This document shows, in pieces, positions 37,169 to 49,901 of a DNA stretch of 64,000 nt. A program made the translations under genes and the position numbers. The stretch comes from Klebsormidium nitens. Taxonomy: Eukaryota > Plantae > Klebsormidiophyceae. How positions within the stretch are numbered: the stretch's first letter is position 1; each line of letters opens with the position of its first letter. The notes beneath the pieces were generated by a model that saw only the letters and a list, made by a program, of their open reading frames with translations, made no database searches and was not told the origin of the DNA. The stretch covers positions 82,228 through 146,227 of the forward strand of contig DF237152.1 in assembly GCA_000708835.1 (NCBI GenBank). Reading direction: 5' to 3'.

Positions 37169-40100
37169 TCAGCACCCCGCTAGGAGCCGGAAAACGCAGA
37201 CTGGACTGTGCAAATCCGGCAGGAATGCGCGTTTACTATCCAACGCTCGCAAGAAGATGGTCTCGGGGGCAGTCTCCACTTTCCCAGTCTGTGCAGCGTA
37301 CTCGAGCGCCATCTCATTGTCAACCTGGGTGCACAGGAAGCGACTATGCATCAGGTTTTGGCCTGTCGGCTGGTGTAACAGCCCTCTTGCCAGAGACGTG
37401 CCGGTTGTCAGGCGGATTATGAGTGAGGCCTGCAAATGGCAAACAATACGAAAGGCGGGTCCAAAGGGAACAACGCCAGATAAATACACGGTTCTTGATC
37501 AAGTAAAACGAACGGCAACCAATAGCGCCAAAACCCTGACTAAGGAGCAGGTTAAACAGGGTGTCTGCTCTACGTGGCTTGCAGCGACACACAGAGAACG
37601 GGTCTCGACTGTGTGTCGCTGCGAATGTAAACCACGTGGTTTCTGCGAGCGACTGCGAAGGTAAAAGCTCGGGTATCTGGTCGCCCTATGAAGAATGCTC
37701 CACGACCTCCTCCTTAAAAGAGGGCATCAGATCTCAAGCTACATCCGTGGATCCGAGGGAAAAGGTCATCCAACGGCCCACATCCCATCTGCAATCTTGC
37801 CCTCGGCATCCAAACTTGCCTCGGTTGTGGGCAGTATCTGGTCGCCAGACGGGGGACCAGTCCCCCGACGCGTTCTTTGAGTGACAACCACACACGATCC
37901 AGGCAGACGACTCAAACAGCAACCGGCGACAGCCGCCCGGGAACCCCACCTGCTCCACGTGCTGCGTCAGCTTCTGCCGGAGCGTCTCCTCGGTGACTTC
38001 CTCCGAGACGACCTTCTCCAGCAGCGCCGCGTCCCCGGGGGGGAGCTCCGTCCGGCGCCGTTTGGAGTCGGCAATCGTGTCCAGGACCTCGAAAACTGCG
38101 CGCGTCACGTCGGGGATGTAGCGCGCGAGGTTGCGCTTGCGCTGCTGCCGCTCGCGCGCCTGCTGCTGGCGCACGATCTTGGACTTGAGCTGCAGGCAGC
38201 ACTGCTGGAGCGCTTGCTGCGGGGGGGAGAAAGGCAGACCCAAAGTTAAGAATAAGGTAGTAGCAACAACAAGAACTATTAGTATTAGCAAAAGTACTAG
38301 CGGACGATCTTGGACTTGAGCTGCAGGCAGCACTGCTGGAGAGCTTGCTGCGGGGGCGAACGCGAGATCAGCGAACGAACGGTGGCATTACAATGATAAT
38401 AGCTGTAGTGTTGACGATTATTGATAAACAAGCCAATCGTGATTGAATTTTCGTGCTGTCAGAAAAGTATCCGGGTGGTGTCCTATCGGACGTAGAAGGA
38501 CGGTGAAGAAAGACAGATGACGCTTGTGGGCAGGGCGAATTCAGAAGGGAGTCAGAACTGCAGGCAGCACTGCTGGAGGGCTTGCTGCAAGAAGGAACAG
38601 GAGCGGAATGCAATATCAGCAAATAATCCTGGTGACGAGAACAATAACCACAGGAGTTTTGGGCCCTTAACCAAGGACGGTTCTGGGCTGGTTAGAAACC
38701 GGTTATATGTCCAGTAACCAGCCTCGGGCGTTAGACAGCCTTGGAACAAGGTTAAAGCCCAGTTGACTGTCCAATAACCCGAGCCAAGTCTGGTAGTCGG
38801 CCGGGTTAGCAGCCAAAACTTCCCGCGATTGCAAGTGCTTGCAAAAATGTTGGCAATGGTTAAGACTATTGGCGACTCGGTGCGGTCAGGATAGGCCCTT
38901 GGAGTGTTTGGGCGGTGGACGTTGAATGAAGGAGAGCGAGAGAAAGAGACAGACAACATGTGTGGGCAGGACGGGCCGGAAGGGGAAGCGAAGTTCCAGC
39001 TGCAGGTAGCACTGCTGGATCGCTTGCTGCGGAGGGGAGAGGAGCAGAACCCAATTCAACAAACGAATTGTTGGGGACACCAGAACCATAGTGACAGCAA
39101 CTGTGTTGGCAATGAGTCAATTTCACAGCCGATAGTATCGGCGTTTCCGTGCTGTCAGAAGCGGCTCCTGGCGTTTCTGGGTGGTGAAGTATCAAAGTGA
39201 GGATGGCGAGAGAGGGAAAGAGAGAAAGGCTGTGAGCAGGGTGTGTAGGTAACAGAGAGAAGTGGGGGCCGTAAGGATCGCTATTGGCAGGGAGTCTTCA
39301 GAAGCAGCGAGGTCAGTCTCCAGATCAACTCGGCGACTCTCGAGCTGATCTGCTCGTCAGCTTTTCGGCAGTAAGAGACTAGGCGACGACCTGTCTGAGC
39401 TTTTTGCCGGTTGCTTTTTTACAGGTAAGCCCGCCTGACGCCGTCTCCAAGGACAACATGACGTTTGCTGAGGCCAGCATACAATGACACAGGCCCGTGT
39501 TCGCCGCCAGATCTGAAGTCCAAGATTGAATCCACGCAACAGCGAAACATTCTAAGCGGCCTGAGAGTACAGGTCTCAATACTATGTTGACTAAGGGCCA
39601 TGTTGACTAAGGAGCGTGCCCGAGGACGGAGAGGGTTGGTTCGGGGGTTAGGGTGGGTTTGGGTGCTAGGGTGGGTTTGGGTGCGGAGCGTGCCATTTCC
39701 TGGTTCGGTTTCCAGTTTTCTAAGTTCCACCGAGCACTATCCTTAGTCAACATGCTCTTAAAAGACATGAGAGTGAGAAGTATCTTGAGACTGACCTTGA
39801 CTGCCGCCGCGATTTCGGGAATGTCGTCACCAATGTATTCCTTCCCCGTGCCCTTGAAAGGGATCTTGGTGCTGACGATGCTGACGAAGACGCCGATCTT
39901 ATCCGTCGTCTGGTTGATCTTGTAGCTCGCCCAGCTGCATCGAAGCAATATGACGTCAGATGACGCTGAGCAGAATGACGTCACTCGCGAAAGCTGACGT
40001 CATCGGGTCCTGTTGTGTGAGAGTTGGCGAAGGAAGCCAGAGGAGAGCCCGTTCTTCGCAGAAGTGGGTTTGCCAGCTCCCGGCAAACTCCTCTCTGAGA

Positions 40101-43100
40101 GACACAAAGTCGAAAGTCGAAGGACAAAGATTTGATTCGAAGAGCATGACCCGCTTCCAAAGTTTCGATGAAAAACTGACCCAGCAACCTTGTAAAGGCC
40201 AGGGAGCCCATACGAGTTTCGCCCCCTACACTATTGCATAAAAGCGACAAATTGCCTCGTAATGAATAAGCTAATGGGGAGAACGGCTCACTTTATCCGC
40301 TTCGAGGCCGTCCTCGTGATGACGTCACCGCCCGCTTCGAAGAGCAAAGGGATGCGGTTGGCGAAGCGGAAGACGTTGATGCCCTGCGCACGACAGAACA
40401 GGGATTGAACAAATTGGCGCCAGAAGTGGTCGAACCATCTTCTTGTGAGCATAGCCGTTCCAGGATATTTCTACCTGGGACCAACGCGTTCAAAGGGAAG
40501 ACAACCTCTGCAAAGCGCCGAGTCAAAGGTTCTGGAAAAGGGTTGAGCACCATCCTGCTCTCAAAAGCGAAGTGAGCTTGAGCGGGAATTTTGAGGGCAA
40601 TCACCCACGCTGCTTTAGGCTGGCAGGTTCCAAAACTAGGAACGCAACGACTTGACGAGACATGGTAGTCCGAATTTATCAAGTCCACACAGCACCTCCG
40701 TTGTCTCCTCTGCTTCGAAACCGATTCACGCCTTTGCAAGAAAGTTGGTCACTCGTACGTTTAAGAAGCCAGGTAAGTAACTACGAGCGACGCACGCGTT
40801 CGCCACAGTAAGCTTGGCGCTCTGCAGGCAGTTTCTTGAGCAGCGGGAGAAAAATGACGCTGTCTAAACGGCAAACTCTGACCCAAAACGATAGCCGCTT
40901 ATCAAACTCACGGGCTTCACGTCCTTGCCCCCCAGGCTGAGGCCTGCTTCCACGATGAAGGGATGGCCCTCAAACACCTGCGTGCTGCATTGCGGAGCTA
41001 GGTAAGATTGCGTTTGAATCTGACGAACGGCCGAGCCTTGAAGCGGTATCGTATGGTGTCCTCTCTCTTCAGGGTTTCTAGCAAGTCGAGGTAGGCGGGA
41101 AGTGCCAACGTTGTTGCAAAGTTGTTGCACTCAACGCCCCAATTTATGACGTTAGCATATTTCAAGACTGCCTGAAAGAGCCCAACTGACGAGATCCCAA
41201 CCTGTGCTCAGGCGGAGCCCGCAATCGAGCATAGATGGCTGCGTGTTCCGTTGTTGCGCCAGCAGAAGTGTGCACATGCAGCTGATTAGAAGATTGCACA
41301 CACACCAAAAGGACTGCGCATATGGAGGGATAGAAGAAAGGCCAATGATGGCGTTGAGGAGGATAACGGCGCGTTTCCCACCTGCCCTGATAGGTCGCTA
41401 CCATATCGGGGTGCAAATCCTTCATGATGCCCAGTCGCATGTTGTACTCTCCAGCGGGGCTCAGGCACTGCAGCAAAACATAGTTGGACTTAGCAGCAAG
41501 TTCTTTTAGCATTTCGCAGAACCGCTCAGCGATGAGATCGACTGGAATCAGGCTGCTAAGAGCAGATGCGCGACGGAAGAGGACAATCAGAATATACACC
41601 CTTGGACATCCACAGACTCACTTTACACAGCATTGTGGTTGTCTAGTGTAATCTCCAATTGCAAAAAATTCAGCAGATTCACTTTAAGCAGTTGTGAGAG
41701 ATTGCAATAGAAGCTGCGAACGGGCGGGTTCATGCGGATCGAGACTGACCGAAAGTCAGCAAGCAACTAGGCAGCGCACACACTGACTCTCGACTATGAC
41801 GTCGAAAAGCCTCTGCAGCGGGTCACAGGAAGGACAACATAAGCAAATTCCAACCACGTCTCGGATCGGGATTCGTCCTCTTGGCGGGTGGCCGCGGACA
41901 TCACTTTGTGGCGGTAGATTCTCACGTCTCCAGAGGGGTCGGCGAACTTGGCCTGGCGGAACAGTTGGTGTATTCGCGCGACCTGCTGGTCCGTCAGCGA
42001 GCGTACCGCCATTTTGGAGGCGAAGTCGGGGCCCATCTCACCTGCAAGACGTGGAATATGGCTCGTTTTCGGTACGCTAACTTCTGATCCATTCAGAGTG
42101 TAGTTTAGGGTATCTTAAGCACTAAGGCGCAAGTCCTGCTTTGAAAGGAATCACGCTTGCCGAAGTGGAAGAGAGTTGAGCCTCGTTCAGTAATGACCAC
42201 TTTCTATGCGAAGGGGGCACTGACTGGGTCCGCTGTACACCAAATCAGCGAAGCCGACCGAGCTTTTGCTGGAAGACACTCGTTGACTCTCATAAACTTG
42301 CAGTGTCTAAACAAGCAAATCTCAGAGGACCACATAGGCTTGCTGACAGCTTCATACCAGAACTTGGATGTCTGCAAACAGGAAGAGCAAGGGCATAATG
42401 TGAGCCACCAATCCTTTCAGGAGATTTCCTCAAGATAGACACCAAGAATCTCTAACCAGCAAAGAATCACAAGTGCGCTGCCCTGATGCTGTTTCTGCAT
42501 TCGCCCTCCGCTTGTTCTGACGACGCGAGAGCTGTTGCACCGCAAAGTAAGATGATGACTTACTGTCATCATCGGTGCGTCTTCTCATATTCGTACGCAA
42601 TTTTCAATAGTTGCAATAGTGCAAAAGACCACTCGCAAGAATCCAGATAACTCACCGATAAGCCTTTCTGCGAGCGGCTTCTTGACCGTGTCGAACTCAG
42701 CCACCAAGAATTGGCTCAGAGTCTGCTTGCTGGTCTCTGCGATGAGCCGCTTGATCAGCAGCAGGTCAACGGCGGACGGGTGGTATTTCGCCTCCTGGGG
42801 CGCAGCCGGCATGACGTCAGTGCGGCGAGCGAAGTGGATGCTGATGTTCTTGCTGCAAGCAGACGTTGGAGGAAGGCAATGAGAAGGATGTACCCAGATC
42901 TCTGTCCTTTCGTTTGCATCTACAGGAGGGCAATCCAATGACAATTAGAGCTTGCTGCGGGGTTGCGGGTCGGGGACCAGACGAGGCGCATATACTGGGG
43001 TACAAGACATCGTGGGCACGAGAAGAGCTAAGACAGGATGTCGGTTAAAGCGTGCGAAATGCGTTTGAGCGCTGGCCACTGTTTAAAGGTCGATTCTGTC

Positions 43101-46100
43101 AGGGATTAGTTGGTCAAGGGTTGTACCGAACCACTAATGCTTTGGCATCTTTGACGACTGCATTCAGGAGCACAGAAGCTTCAGCAACAACGTATTGTAG
43201 TAGTAAGCTCCACCGGAAGTTCGTGATCTTGAATGAGCTTAAGTTCGTAATTTGAATTCGGCACTAAGGAAGGCAAACTGCACCCGACTGCCTTAACTTG
43301 GCGGGCAAAGTAACTGGGGCCTCACTCGGGGGTGGTGCTGATGAAGCGGAAGACGAACTCAGCGTAAGGGGTGATCACGGCCATCTGCCTCATGTAGTTG
43401 ACAATCTTCGACTGTACAAGAAGAGAGGAGAGTGGAAGTTCGGACCAAGCTCTTTCCAATCTGTCGAGGCCAATGGACCGTTCAATGGTTGAAGAATCAT
43501 CGAATGGCACGTGTCCCGATGCACATTTCAATACGAACCGAAAGCGACAATGGCAGCGACTCGGCCTCTGACATCCGACGAGTTAACGGGAAGAACATGA
43601 GGAGGCATTATGCGTCAATCAGAAACGTAGGGTTGTGAAGGAAGAAAGATCAGAGGCAATTAGCATACAGAAAAGGAAGAATAAAACGAAGTCCGTAAAG
43701 CGACATCCGCACCTTATACGTAGTCCAGTTTCCCTCGATTACCACTTGCAGCTCGGCCCCTCGCCACCGCTGCGGGTTTGGTTCTTTCTCATGTTTGTGA
43801 ATGTTTGGCAGGTTCCTGCAAACCAGCAGATTGTCTCGTAACCAGTACTTTTCGCCTATAAGAGACTCAAGTCGCTCGGCAGGTAGGAGACCCGAACAGC
43901 AAAGAGGTTCGAGGCGAAAGATCCAGACGAGCGATGTAAGTTTGCATCCTCTTCGCTTTTCACCTCGCCGTGACGTTGGGGTCGATCGAGAGGCTGGATT
44001 GCATGAAAGGTATCAACGAGACGACCTGATGACGTTAGACTACGATCAGGATACACGAGCATGGGAAAGCTTGGATGTCGAGTGAAGGGCAAAAGCTCAC
44101 TTGTGGATGTCAATATCTAGCCGGCAGAACGTGCAGAAAGGGTGGCCCTTCATGGCGCTCCGGATGTCGATTGGCAGGCCGGTGCTCATCTTCGACCAGA
44201 TCAGAGCCTGCCGAAAAGAAAGCCACTGTCTCTTTTCCATGGCGATGTAAGATTCCTAACGGCTAACAGATCTAGAATATCAGTGGAGCCGTTTGGAGTG
44301 AAAGAAGTCTGCGGAAACCATAAGAGCGTTTATTCAACGGCAACATGTCAATTTGGTAAAGCTAGCACGATTTTTGAGTACGACTTTCAACCCTCTGCTG
44401 CAGACAGACATGTCGAACTTCACTCACCATCTTTGCTCCGAGTCCAAACTTCCCACGAGTCTGTCTCAACCCATATTTGGTCCCAGACAGTACTGCAAAA
44501 CGATGGATCACGATCAGCCGCTTCGACACGCAACCACGGGGGTGATCGAGAGGTCTAGAAACATCAGAAAGTTCACAACGAAATCTCAAGCTCCAACTAG
44601 AGAAAATGAGACTCCCTGAGCCAGTCCCCTGAACCTGTACACTCATAGACAAAGAAACAACTCTCATGGAGCACGCACCTGCGGTAGGATCATGAAAGAA
44701 GCAGTCTCACCTCGGCCAAGCATGTTCGGAATGTCATCATGAGGCATGCCCTTTCCATTGTCCTGCAACCAACAATGCGTATCTTTCAACGCCGTAGTCT
44801 CAAAGACATGCAGGCAGGTCGTTCAGTGCGTTCTCCCGGCCCTTTCATGCAGGCAACGAAAGCAGAGAGAAGGCTGATACCACTTTTAAGGGTTCCTCTT
44901 TCAGAAGCCTCCATACCTTCACTGTGACCCTGTAGAAAGAGGCGTCTCCTTTTCCTTTTCCGCCAGCTCGCTGACCTTCCTTTGCCTTCTTTCCAGCCTT
45001 TGCTAGACGCTCCTGCTCCTTTGCTTCACGTGCGAGTCGCTTCTGAGAAAGAAGAAAGCGCCAATGCTCTTCAGCCAGAGGACAGGGTAGCTCAACCTGG
45101 GCGGCGTCTAGGATCTTGTAGAGACCTCCTACCAGAAAATTACTGCAACAGAACCATCAAGCAGCCCGCAGGCATCATGTCAACTTTGTGTGAAGACTAA
45201 AGCATTCTTACACGAGCAACGCAGAAAAGCCTCAAATTGACGTGGAGGTGAGCGAGGACATACCTCTTTCAACTTGTCAGTCTCAAAGTCTCCATACAGT
45301 TCCTCATCAACTCGATCTTGGTCAACAAGTCCGATCAGAGCATGAAACCTTGACTTCTCGATCTCTTCACTGCAGCGAAAGAGGAAGACTGATTTGAAAC
45401 TTCAAAGTGCGTGCATTCAGCTGAGTCGCTGACCCAAATGATCGTCGAAAAAGTGTAGGATTCCTTGCACAGTTCTAGCAATCAACAAGTTTTAGCAGGC
45501 ACGTTGTAGCACACCTGACAGCAGAAGGTAACCAAAAGACATCATTTTGGGCAAGAGTTGGAGGGAGATACTTACATTGTCACCTCTATTTCTGGAAGTT
45601 CTGCAATAGACTCAGCGGAGTCCAGTGCGTTTTCAACAAGTTCACGAACAGTAGTGTACAGGCTCTTTCCTGGCTGCGCACGACACAAAACCAGGGCCTG
45701 ATTCCACGGATCTTGAAATGGCAACCTCTCTATAACTTTGAGGATATCAACACGTGTTATAAACAGGCTAGGTCAGAATGAATCGTATATGTGCCCCCAA
45801 GTGAGTCAAAGAAGCTAAACTCAATGTTGATGCACGATGTGGGGGAATTGGAGCAGTTTCAAATGAACCAGAGCTTTTGCTACAGCACGGTAGCCGCTTA
45901 CATTGTCAAACCCCGCTATGTTCTTGTTCTCTGAAAAGAACTCCGCTGGTGACTCTGTTGAAGAAGTGCAGAGAGGTGTAAGCATCTTTTTGTCCCCCAA
46001 TAGAAGGAAGCTTCTGCTAAGTCGCGAGAAACGCTTTTCATCAACTGGTGCAGTTACATGCTGAAAGTGGTGAAGGCCAGTTAAAAACTGGTGCAGGAAG

Positions 46101-46359
46101 GGTTTCACAAAGAACTGGCATAAACACCTTCTGGAGGAAGAAACAAATTCCGCCTTCATGCAACCTACTTTACTTTCACACCAGCCCATTGATGAGTTTT
46201 CAGCTGTAGATGATCATTCCTCTATGTGTGGGATGCTCAAAGAGAGACTGAGCACAACTTACTCTGCTTCAAGACCGGATGTTTCTTTCCGACTGGCCGC
46301 GCAACCTTTCCAGCTTTTGAAGCTGCACCACCATTCTCCTTGCCACCAGCCATTGGCAT
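37169..46359 (-). CDS. TOP6B: DNA topoisomerase VI subunit B, ~672 aa, 18 exons: 46263-46359, 45902-45954, 45576-45673, 45264-45369, 44917-45042, 44711-44762, 44428-44492, 44101-44207, 43713-43815, 43326-43411, 42656-42852, 41926-42041, 41382-41467, 40912-40984, 40292-40383, 39796-39934, 37950-38216, 37169-37324
   Basis: SPAEFFSENKNIAGFDN|PGKSLYTTVRELVENALD; GHKL motifs DNGKGMPHDDIPNMLGRVLSGTKYGLRQTRGKFGLGAKM; RFANRIPLLFE; KIPFKGTGKEYIGDD; DLHSPVCVFRL C-terminus; exons sum to 2019 nt. Confidence 0.97.
38173..39040 (-). repeat. True TOP6B exon-17 acceptor/start plus three upstream copies (38304-38356, 38558-38588, 38998-39035)
   Basis: cag|caagc(g/t/c)ctccagcagtgctgcctgcag repeated; the nearest copy matches 52/53 nt. 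Confidence 0.92.
39599..39754. mobile_element. Small inverted-repeat element in a TOP6B intron: 15-bp arms CATGTTGACTAAGGA around a G-rich (GGGTTAGGGTGGGTTTGGG) core
   Basis: Arms at 39599-39613 and 39740-39754 are perfectly inverted; extra direct copy atgttgactaagg at 39584; core shared with the element at 46741. Confidence 0.55.
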
Positions 46360-46740
46360 CACACTGCTTGGGCGAGCACCACCGAATTTACCTGCAGCAA
46401 TCCATGAAGGTCACCTTGGGGAAGACCAAACCAACACAATGATTCAATAGTAATACGTCAATTGGTCTTTCCACCAAAGGGTCTGCATTGCATGCTGCTG
46501 CACGCATTGCAATTTGCACCAAGTCCTTCTGTCGCCCCCTGAAAGGCGCGCGCGCGCGAGCCTGGGCGTAGCCTCTGGTCTACAACTTACAAGTACAACA
46601 GGAGCCTGAGGATAAATTTGCCGTGCATGAGTTCTCAGGCTCCTATTTAATTTATGCCGGCTCCTGATCATGCCGGGTGTAAGATTCTTTCCACCTTCCT
46701 CGGTGTCCGCACTGAGATGCCCGGGCCCGATTCCATAAGA

Positions 46741-46915
46741 CTTCAATTTAGGTAAAGTAACCTTTAGGTAAAGTAAGCCAAGCAGCCTGGGACGGGTGGG
46801 GTTAGTTCGGGGGTTAGGGTGGGTTCGGGTGCGGAGCAGGTGATTTGGAGGGTTAGGTTTTTAGTGTTAGGCTGGGAGCTTACTTTACCTGGAGCTTACT
46901 TTACCTAAATTGAAG
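46741..46915. mobile_element. MITE-like element, 175 bp, 20-bp perfect TIR CTTCAATTTAGGTAAAGTAA with subterminal repeats, flanked by AGA/AGA; G-quadruplex/telomere-like core; ~380 bp upstream of the TOP6B ATG
   Basis: Left arm 46741-46760 and right arm 46896-46915 are exact reverse complements; second-tier arms aggtaaagtaagc/gcttactttacct and cagcct/aggctg. Confidence 0.7.
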
Positions 46916-49865
46916 AGACATCCCGAGTCCCCGGTACGGTAGTAGGTACATCATATAAATATCATGGCTTCGAAGTTTCCGGAGGGCATGCGCAGCGAGA
47001 GGCCCCGGTCTGGATGCCCCGGTGTATTATTGTAATCTACCGGTTCTTAGCCATTTGACAGCCTGGCCTAGCAGAAACTTGAAAGGTTGTTTACCAGCAA
47101 ATTCTTCCAGCTTCCCGGGCCAAACTTACATCCCGAGCGCAACCAGTTGCAACCGCTTCAACGTGAAAGTTGTGTGACAAGCCTGTCTGATGTCAAGTAA
47201 TACAACCTCCTACTGCTGCTTCCCTGTCCTTGAAGTTGAAGTTGAAGCAGCCATGGCGCCTCATCAACACCTCCCTTTCGTCAACGCTGGCTGAGCGCGA
47301 AAGTCGTTTAGGCCGTTGGACCTTCTGACCGCCTCGAGTCTATTGCCTTCGAAGCTTTCTCAGGTTTCTCCAGAAGGTATCTTCAGCACATCGGCATTTC
47401 AGGGTTGCAGGCGCTGTGGTTTGAGAGCCTGTCATCTTTCCGGTCACTTCAGAGAGGATGTGAAAGATGGGCGTCACTTCTGGTTGTTGTACGCAGCAGA
47501 TCTTTGTTTGCACGGGCTGAAGAAGCGAAGACCTGAAGGGAGCGCGGTCTGCAAGGGAGGAAAGAGGACATGCAGGTTGTCAGGTGAGTAATTTCGCCTG
47601 AATCTCAAGAGAGCACTACCTAGTGTCTTCTTGTCCTGTATTTCGTTGATGAAGGTCAGGAGGTTTATCGCAATTTTCTAATGCCTACAGGAGGATTCCA
47701 TCTTGGCAAGTTGCTTGTTGCTTATTGATTTTTAGCTGCATAATTGATTCCGTTGAGGGGCTTTTGCTGTACAGCCATTTTTGTAGGAAGAAAGTTGATG
47801 CGGATGTGACAGCAAAACGCGATGGTGTTTGTCTTTGTCCAAGATTTATGCAGTTACAGGGAGAGGCTTGTCAAATGTTCACATGAATCTCAAGCAAGCC
47901 TGGCAGGGTCCGCTTTTCAGTTTCTCTGTGCAGTGCTTGCACATTTCCTTTCTTTGGTTCTAGCTTGTGTGGAAGAATGACCCTCCTTTTCAGGTCGTAT
48001 ATGTAGGGTTTCGTTGTTACTGTCGCATGTGTTTCTGTAGTTTTCCTTGAGAGTTAAGATGTTCCTTTACTTCTGGGAAGATTGTTTTGTGTGCGAAAAC
48101 ATCTTACTCTGGCAGAGCCTGATGCAAAGTTCCTAGGGTTCTGCATCCTGCATATCGTTAAGCATGCACTTCATAGGATACTCAGATAAAGTGTCTTCTT
48201 GCAGGGCTGAGGATGACATTAGAGGCGACATCCCATCTGGAGCGGGGCCCTGCAACGAGACCTGGCAAGAACATCAAGCAGCAACAAGAAGCCATGTCCT
48301 GGACCTGAAGGTGCTCTCTTCCGAGCTTGCATGCTCACAGAGAACTCTGGGAACAGCTAGGGTTTCCTCTAGAAGGCTGGATTTCCTCCTTTTAGGTATT
48401 TGGTAACGCTTTTCTGAAGATAGATATTGCTGTCATTGTGGACTGTCAACGCTGCTTTGCCCTCTCGGGTGCGCTCGGTGGGCAGCGGCAAAATTATAAA
48501 GAGTTACCAGGGCGCGTCTCCCTCACCTCCCCCTTTCGCCCGGGGGGCTGCAATTTGCAGAAGGTGAGGGAGTTGGGTGCGGGGGAAAGCCTTTGGCCCC
48601 TGCATATGGTGAGTGCTGAGGTGAGTGGATTCATTACCGCATCATCATGGTACAGCGGTGTCCTCTGCAAGCCTGTTTCTCCGCCGTTTCTGTTTTATGT
48701 ATCGTCGTATGGCTCTTCGGTCTGCTTTCAAAGGTGCCGGTGCAGAAGTGCAAGGTTTGCAATTTAGCTTCTTATCAACGCATGACAGCATTTAATTTTA
48801 AGATTCACAAGATGAGGCTTTTCCGAAGAGCGACACATATGAGACTTATGCGCAAATTGTACAGATTCCCTTGCAGCGTCTTGATACATATCATTGCAGC
48901 GTGGCAATCATAGCAAACGACAAATCTTTTGCATTCCTAAGCGATTTAAGCGACCTGAAAGACGTATCGTTTTAATCAATAGTCACAGTGTGCAAAGTCT
49001 TACAGGCTTTGCTCTGAAAATGTTGTTCTTGGTTGATATGCTCAACACTGCACTCAATAGTGCTATTGTGCAAAGGTCGCGGGTCTGCCTGGTTTCATGT
49101 TGCTAACTCTTTCATCTTGTAGCTCCTTCCTGCATCATGAAGCAGTGCCGGGAGCAATACATTCCGGTTCAACTTCAGCTGATGTCATTTACCATCTTTT
49201 GAAGTCAACGCCGAATACATGCAGCGACAATTGGCATTACCGGTGTGTTGGTAAGTTCCGCTTGTTGTACCAGCATGTCAAGTTCTTACTTCAAACATCA
49301 TATTGAGGCACCTTCAATTTGACCAAACATGTGACTGCATTCTGCTGCGTTAAAATAGCCCATTAGTGCTGCACATATTGTGCATAATCAATGGAGTCCA
49401 ATCCGACTACTGTGTTCCGTATAAGTTGAAAAAATATCATGGGTAAGGCTCGAGATCACATATTCTGGTACCTGTTATTCTTAGCTTTGTCAAACTGGAC
49501 ACCACCATCGAATTCTGTTTTCAGTCAAAGTAAACGGCAAATTGCAGTACGAGGTCGAGATAGCCATATATATAAGAAACTTATAATTACAGTCCGTTAT
49601 TAGATAAGGTGCACAAAGCTCTATTGGCCTCTTGTTTTCCAATGTCTTCCATACAGGAAAGCCTTTTTGGCATTGCTTCGAATCCTGATAATACGAGCGT
49701 ACGCCTAGGAATCAATCAGCTTTCGTCATATGAAAGGATCAGTGGAGTATCTGGTTGCTCAACCTTCTTGAGAAATCACATCATGGACTTTCACTTTGCA
49801 GTCTACTGGACAAATTTTTGAATTCAATGGCATTGTCCTCTAACTTCCTGAGCGGATACGGATTT

Positions 49866-49901
49866 CACTTGTTGTACAAAGCACACTTGTTGTACAAAGC
49901 A
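49866..49901. repeat. Perfect 18-bp tandem duplication CACTTGTTGTACAAAGCA
   Basis: Read directly. Confidence 0.85.

Noticed and set aside
46921-47030. Possible USE-TATA snRNA/7SL-type gene
   Set aside because: A TATA word is present, but the upstream element does not match the plant USE well and the downstream sequence matches no snRNA, 7SL or tRNA I can recognise.
49866-49901. TTGTACAAAGC resembling a lambda/Gateway att core
   Set aside because: Short match inside a simple 18-bp tandem duplication; no vector or phage context.
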